A stretch of DNA of 60,241 nucleotides, the filler included. It is 7 parts of 7 records of this genome, joined end to end, with 100 filler letters (N's around TTAATTAATTAA, not from the genome) between each part and the next. Parts side by side here need not be neighbours in the genome. Positions count along the whole stretch, not along the records: positions 53,133 to 60,241 come from SRR31156797_13665; 6 more parts are not named here. The stretch is one strand, 5' to 3'. Positions 56,433 to 60,241 of the stretch are shown piece after piece (position 1 is the stretch's first letter; every line of letters begins with the position of its first letter). The notes under the pieces are model-generated. The model saw only the letters and a list, made by a program, of their open reading frames with translations, was not told where the DNA came from and searched no databases. Made by a program: the position numbers and the translations under genes.

Positions 56433-57914
56433 TTAATAATTTGGGTTTTGTTCCCAAAGTCCGTTTGAAAATTCAATCTCTTCCATTGGAATTGGGAAAA
56501 CTTCATTTTTCCCGGCTACAAAACCATCAATCTCATCGGCCGCTCTTCCGGTACGAACCAAGTCGAAGAAATGATGTCCTTCTCCCATTAATTCCACACG
56601 TCGTTCGTGATAGATCGCATCGGTTAATGCAGCACCTGTTAGTGTTACAGCGTGATCATCGTCGCCAAAAGCCCGGGCACGCACTTCTGATAAGTATTGC
56701 TGTGCTTTTGTATCAGAAATTCCTCCGCGATTATTGGCTTCGGCAGCCATTAGCAACACATCGGCATAACGAATTGCACGGTAGTTATTCGGATTGGTAA
56801 GGTTTAAATCTCCTTGTGCATCAGCACTCCGTTTACGTGGAAGATACTTGCGATTAAAATAACCGGTGTGTTCGTAACCCGTTGTGTACGCAGCACCAGT
56901 TTCCTCGGCCCACGCTTCAATATCCAAAATTGCCACTTCTTTACGCAAGTCTCCCGGCTCAAACTGGTCAACTGCATTTTGAGTTGGCACGTTAAAACTA
57001 AAACCCGAGGTAAACAGAGGGCCATCGTATCCACGAACACCACTGAAACCAACAGCAACGTTCCCTTCACTACACTGCAAACAGCCAAATCCTGCACCTT
57101 CAACATCGGTGTACTGAACTTCAAAAATCGATTCAGTACCGTTTTCTCCTGCATTTTCAAAAATCTCGTCATAATCGTTAACCAGCGAATAAGTTCCGCT
57201 AGTTATTACGTCTTCGAGTACACTGGCTGCATCATCAAATTTCTCCTGAAACAAATAAACTTTCCCCAGCAATGCCTGCGCTGCGCCTTTGGTTGCACGA
57301 CCTGTTTGTGCAGGTGTCTCATTCAATGCAGCAATTGCAGCCTGCAAATCGCTTTCAATTTGCGCATATACTTCAGAAACAGGAGAACGCGGAATACTGG
57401 TTTCATCACCCAGTTTAAAACGCTCGTCAACTTTAAGCGGAACAGTACCAAACCATTTTACCAATTCGAAATAATAGTAAGCTCTCAGAAACTGAATTTC
57501 GCCAATCATCTCCGCTTTTTCATCAAAATCGGTTTTATCCTTAAATTCCATGAAGTAGTTACAGCGTTGAACACCTGCAAACATCCAGTTCCAAATATCG
57601 CGTAAATTGCTGTTTGTTGGTGTATGTATCATATCATCAATTTGCTGCCAACCAACAACATCAGTAGCGTTTTCACCTCCGCAAAGTGTATTGTTCGATG
57701 CAAATTCGCCAACTAAGGCATTGGCATAGGTTGTTTGCAGTAAATCGTATGTAGCAACAAGCGCGTTGTAATAGTCCTCCGACGAATTAAAATAATTCTC
57801 AGAGTCGATTGAATATTCCGGTGAAATTTCAACAAAGTCATCAGTACATGAAATAATAAATACTGATGCCAAAACAACCGTGAATATGATTTTTTTGAAT
57901 ATATTATTGTTCAT
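56433..57914 (-). CDS. SusD/RagB family lipoprotein
   Basis: Lipobox IIS-C; FLRAYYYFELV..FG.VPL, IRYADVLLMAAEA, ERRVELMGEG..FFDLVR, QNPNY. Confidence 0.95.
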   Translation of the reverse strand: MNNNIFKKIIFTVVLASVFIISCTDDFVEISPEYSIDSENYFNSSEDYYNALVATYDLLQTTYANALVGEFASNNTLCGGENATDVVGWQQIDDMIHTPTNSNLRDIWNWMFAGVQRCNYFMEFKDKTDFDEKAEMIGEIQFLRAYYYFELVKWFGTVPLKVDERFKLGDETSIPRSPVSEVYAQIESDLQAAIAALNETPAQTGRATKGAAQALLGKVYLFQEKFDDAASVLEDVITSGTYSLVNDYDEIFENAGENGTESIFEVQYTDVEGAGFGCLQCSEGNVAVGFSGVRGYDGPLFTSGFSFNVPTQNAVDQFEPGDLRKEVAILDIEAWAEETGAAYTTGYEHTGYFNRKYLPRKRSADAQGDLNLTNPNNYRAIRYADVLLMAAEANNRGGISDTKAQQYLSEVRARAFGDDDHAVTLTGAALTDAIYHERRVELMGEGHHFFDLVRTGRAADEIDGFVAGKNEVFPIPMEEIEFSNGLWEQNPNY

Positions 57915-57925
57915 TGTTCTGCTTT

Positions 57926-60241
57926 TTAAAAGTTAAGATTTAAACCGAAAGTATAAGTTCTTGCTGCGGGATAAACACCTGCGTCGAAGCCAGCACCTAA
58001 TGGGCTACCGAATTCACCAGGTTCTCTTTCTCCCCCTCCAATAGAACTTGAAGGATCATAACCTATATAATTGGTAAGGGTAAACAGGTTGGTCACACTT
58101 CCATAAAACCTCAATGAAGAGATTTTAAGTTTTTCAGTTATACTGGTTGGGATGGTATACCCGAGTTGCAGATTCTGCAAACGGAGGAACGATGCATCTT
58201 CAACATAAAAATCCGAGAATACGTTGTTGGAAGTAGCAGCAGTAGTAACTCTTGGCACTTCGTTACTTGTTCCGGGGCCAGTCCAGCGTGCAAGCATGTA
58301 GCTTAATTTATTCGCATTTGGCTGAACACGTTCGTAGTTGCGCACCATTTCGTTTCCGATTGAAGCATAGGCATAGGCTTTAAAATCGAATCCTTTATAA
58401 TTTAATGAGATATTTAATCCCATTGTAATATCTGGAATTGGATTTCCAATGTCGGTGCGATCGTCAGAGTTAATTACACCGTCGTTGTTTACATCAACAT
58501 AGCGAATATCGCCTGGCGATGCTTCTGCTCCAAGTGCCGACTGCGAAGGATGTGCATCAACTTCAGCCTGCGACTGGAAAATTCCATCGGTTTTGTACCC
58601 GTAGAAATATCCGATTGGGAAACCAACCTCCATACGAGCCGGAGCTGGTTGACCTACGCCAAAACTACCACCTTCAACAAAACCGGAGCCATTGTTAACT
58701 TCAGTTACTTCGTTTTTTAGAGTGGTAAAGTTGTAGTTAACATCGTATGTAAAATTTTCGGTAATATTTCCACGTGTGCCAATGGCAAACTCAAAGCCAC
58801 TGTTTTTTACGGTACCGGCATTTACTGTTGGTCCGGCAGCACCAGGTGCAGCCACTCCTAAAATACCCGAAACAGGAATATTGCTAATAAGCAGGTTATT
58901 TGTTTTTTTAACAAAATAGTCCATGTTAATATCGAGCCTGTTATTGAATAACTTAGCATCGGCCCCCACATCAAACTGTTCCGATTCTTCCCATTTAATT
59001 GCGGGGTTAGGACTTGCGCCAACGGCTGTTCCGTTAACCAGTATTCCGTCTAAAACATAGGTTCCCTCACCTGTCAACTGCGAAATATATTGGTAGTCGG
59101 CTATTTTATCCGATCCTAAAATACCGTAGCTAAAACGAAGCTTCAGTAAATCAATATTTTTATTATCCTGTAAGAAATTTTCTTTTGACATATTCCATCC
59201 CAGGGTTGTTGAAGGGAAATAGGCAACTGCATTATCGGGGCCGAATTTTGTTGATGCATCGCGGCGTAACATTGCCGAAACGAGGTATTTGCCTTCGTAA
59301 TCGTACTGCAAACGTGTAAAGTACGATAACCTGCGCTGCTCGTAAGTCCATGAACCAACTGCTTTAGTGCTCGGAATACCATTGGCCAAACCAATATCGG
59401 CAAAATCCCACGAGTTATTCGGAACATCGTAACCAGTTCCGTTAAGGTTATCGCCCCAGGTTTTGTACACTGTTGTACCCAAGGTTGCAGTTAAATGGTG
59501 CGCATCGTTAAACGTATTATCGTAAGTTACAAAAGCATCGAAAGTGTAATTTGCATCGGTTTGTTTGTATTGGTAAACCGAGCTTCGACTCACATCAAAT
59601 ACTTTACCTCCGTAATCAATAATTTTTGAAAATGATTTGTATTTACTGTTGCTGCTGTTAAACCCAATACGTGTTGTTGCTTTCAGGTGTTCGGTAATTT
59701 CAAAATCCAATCCAAAATTACCATTCCATTTTTGCAGATTGTACTCGTTATGCGTATTAGCAATTTGCGCCAATGGGTTAATAATTTCAATTCCCAGATT
59801 TGAAGGAGCTAATGTATAATCGCCGTTTTCATCGTATGCTGAAATGGTTGGTGGCATATTTAAGGCATTAAAAAGTACCGATGCCAAACCAAAATCGTTA
59901 AACGACTGACGATTGATATTTGTAAACATTAATGAAGAATTAAACTTCACCCAGTCAGCCAAATCGGCACCCAAACTTACTTTTCCGGTGCTGCGGTCGA
60001 AACCCGATTTATCGCGGCCAATGATACCTTCCTGACGTAAATCTGATGCACTAAGGGCATAAATCATTTTTTCTGAGCCGCCCGATACACTAATATCATT
60101 GTTATAGATAGGAGCCCTTTCAAAAAGTTCGTCCTGCCAGTTTGTTCCTGTTCCCAATCCTGATATATCGGGATAAGGAAGTTCTTCGCCGTTCGCCGCA
60201 TACGCTTCATTTAACAGAACCGCATATTCTGTAGCATTTAG
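57926..60241 (-). CDS. SusC/RagA TonB-dependent transporter, 5'-truncated by window edge
   Basis: Frame open from 60241; R.D.STKFG, KWEES, PGDIRYVD.N.DG, EDASFLRLQN, terminal YP..RTYTFGLNLNF. Confidence 0.95.
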   Translation of the reverse strand, partial: LNATEYAVLLNEAYAANGEELPYPDISGLGTGTNWQDELFERAPIYNNDISVSGGSEKMIYALSASDLRQEGIIGRDKSGFDRSTGKVSLGADLADWVKFNSSLMFTNINRQSFNDFGLASVLFNALNMPPTISAYDENGDYTLAPSNLGIEIINPLAQIANTHNEYNLQKWNGNFGLDFEITEHLKATTRIGFNSSNSKYKSFSKIIDYGGKVFDVSRSSVYQYKQTDANYTFDAFVTYDNTFNDAHHLTATLGTTVYKTWGDNLNGTGYDVPNNSWDFADIGLANGIPSTKAVGSWTYEQRRLSYFTRLQYDYEGKYLVSAMLRRDASTKFGPDNAVAYFPSTTLGWNMSKENFLQDNKNIDLLKLRFSYGILGSDKIADYQYISQLTGEGTYVLDGILVNGTAVGASPNPAIKWEESEQFDVGADAKLFNNRLDINMDYFVKKTNNLLISNIPVSGILGVAAPGAAGPTVNAGTVKNSGFEFAIGTRGNITENFTYDVNYNFTTLKNEVTEVNNGSGFVEGGSFGVGQPAPARMEVGFPIGYFYGYKTDGIFQSQAEVDAHPSQSALGAEASPGDIRYVDVNNDGVINSDDRTDIGNPIPDITMGLNISLNYKGFDFKAYAYASIGNEMVRNYERVQPNANKLSYMLARWTGPGTSNEVPRVTTAATSNNVFSDFYVEDASFLRLQNLQLGYTIPTSITEKLKISSLRFYGSVTNLFTLTNYIGYDPSSSIGGGEREPGEFGSPLGAGFDAGVYPAARTYTFGLNLNF

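Overview
This window is not one locus. It is seven contigs joined by artificial 100-nt linkers (44 N + TTAATTAATTAA + 44 N), so gene neighbourhood is only meaningful within each piece. Taxonomic labels are inferred from composition and gene content. (1) 1-6139, very AT-rich, Arcobacter-like Campylobacterota: DUF748 protein, dapE, a candidate type I toxin-antitoxin-like locus (29-aa peptide with an antisense sRNA and convergent promoters), AraC + YbcL-like pair, GyrI-like protein, amino-acid racemase. (2) 6240-15463, Campylobacterota: atpE with a structured leader, tandem micro-modules of tiny membrane proteins, a candidate sRNA, murG-asnB, response regulator, PAS/HD-GYP protein, histidine kinase. 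(3) 15564-26455, Bacteroidota: two periplasmic binding proteins, two FG-GAP/ASPIC-UnbV proteins, a glutaminase-less asparagine-synthetase-like ligase and a RaSEA-like radical SAM enzyme, forming a candidate uncharacterised pathway. (4) 26556-36654, GC-rich Desulfobacterota-like: an Fe-S/CCG oxidoreductase with a probable selenocysteine UGA, hrpA, two pseudo-receiver proteins (one fused to FapA/DUF342), GT2, oxoacid oxidoreductase delta and alpha subunits. (5) 36755-47459, Desulfobacterota-like: dynamin-like, YqgE/AlgH, manC, PAS-LuxR + FadL, adenine deaminase, XRE-cupin, truncated hydrolase. (6) 47560-53032, taxon uncertain: RAYT transposase with in-frame REPs, tRNA-Leu(CAA), dut, arsC, nitroreductase, apbE. 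(7) 53133-60241, Bacteroidota SusC/SusD polysaccharide locus, probably for beta-glucan. No CRISPR array or rRNA was seen. All calls come from reading the sequence; no database searches were run.
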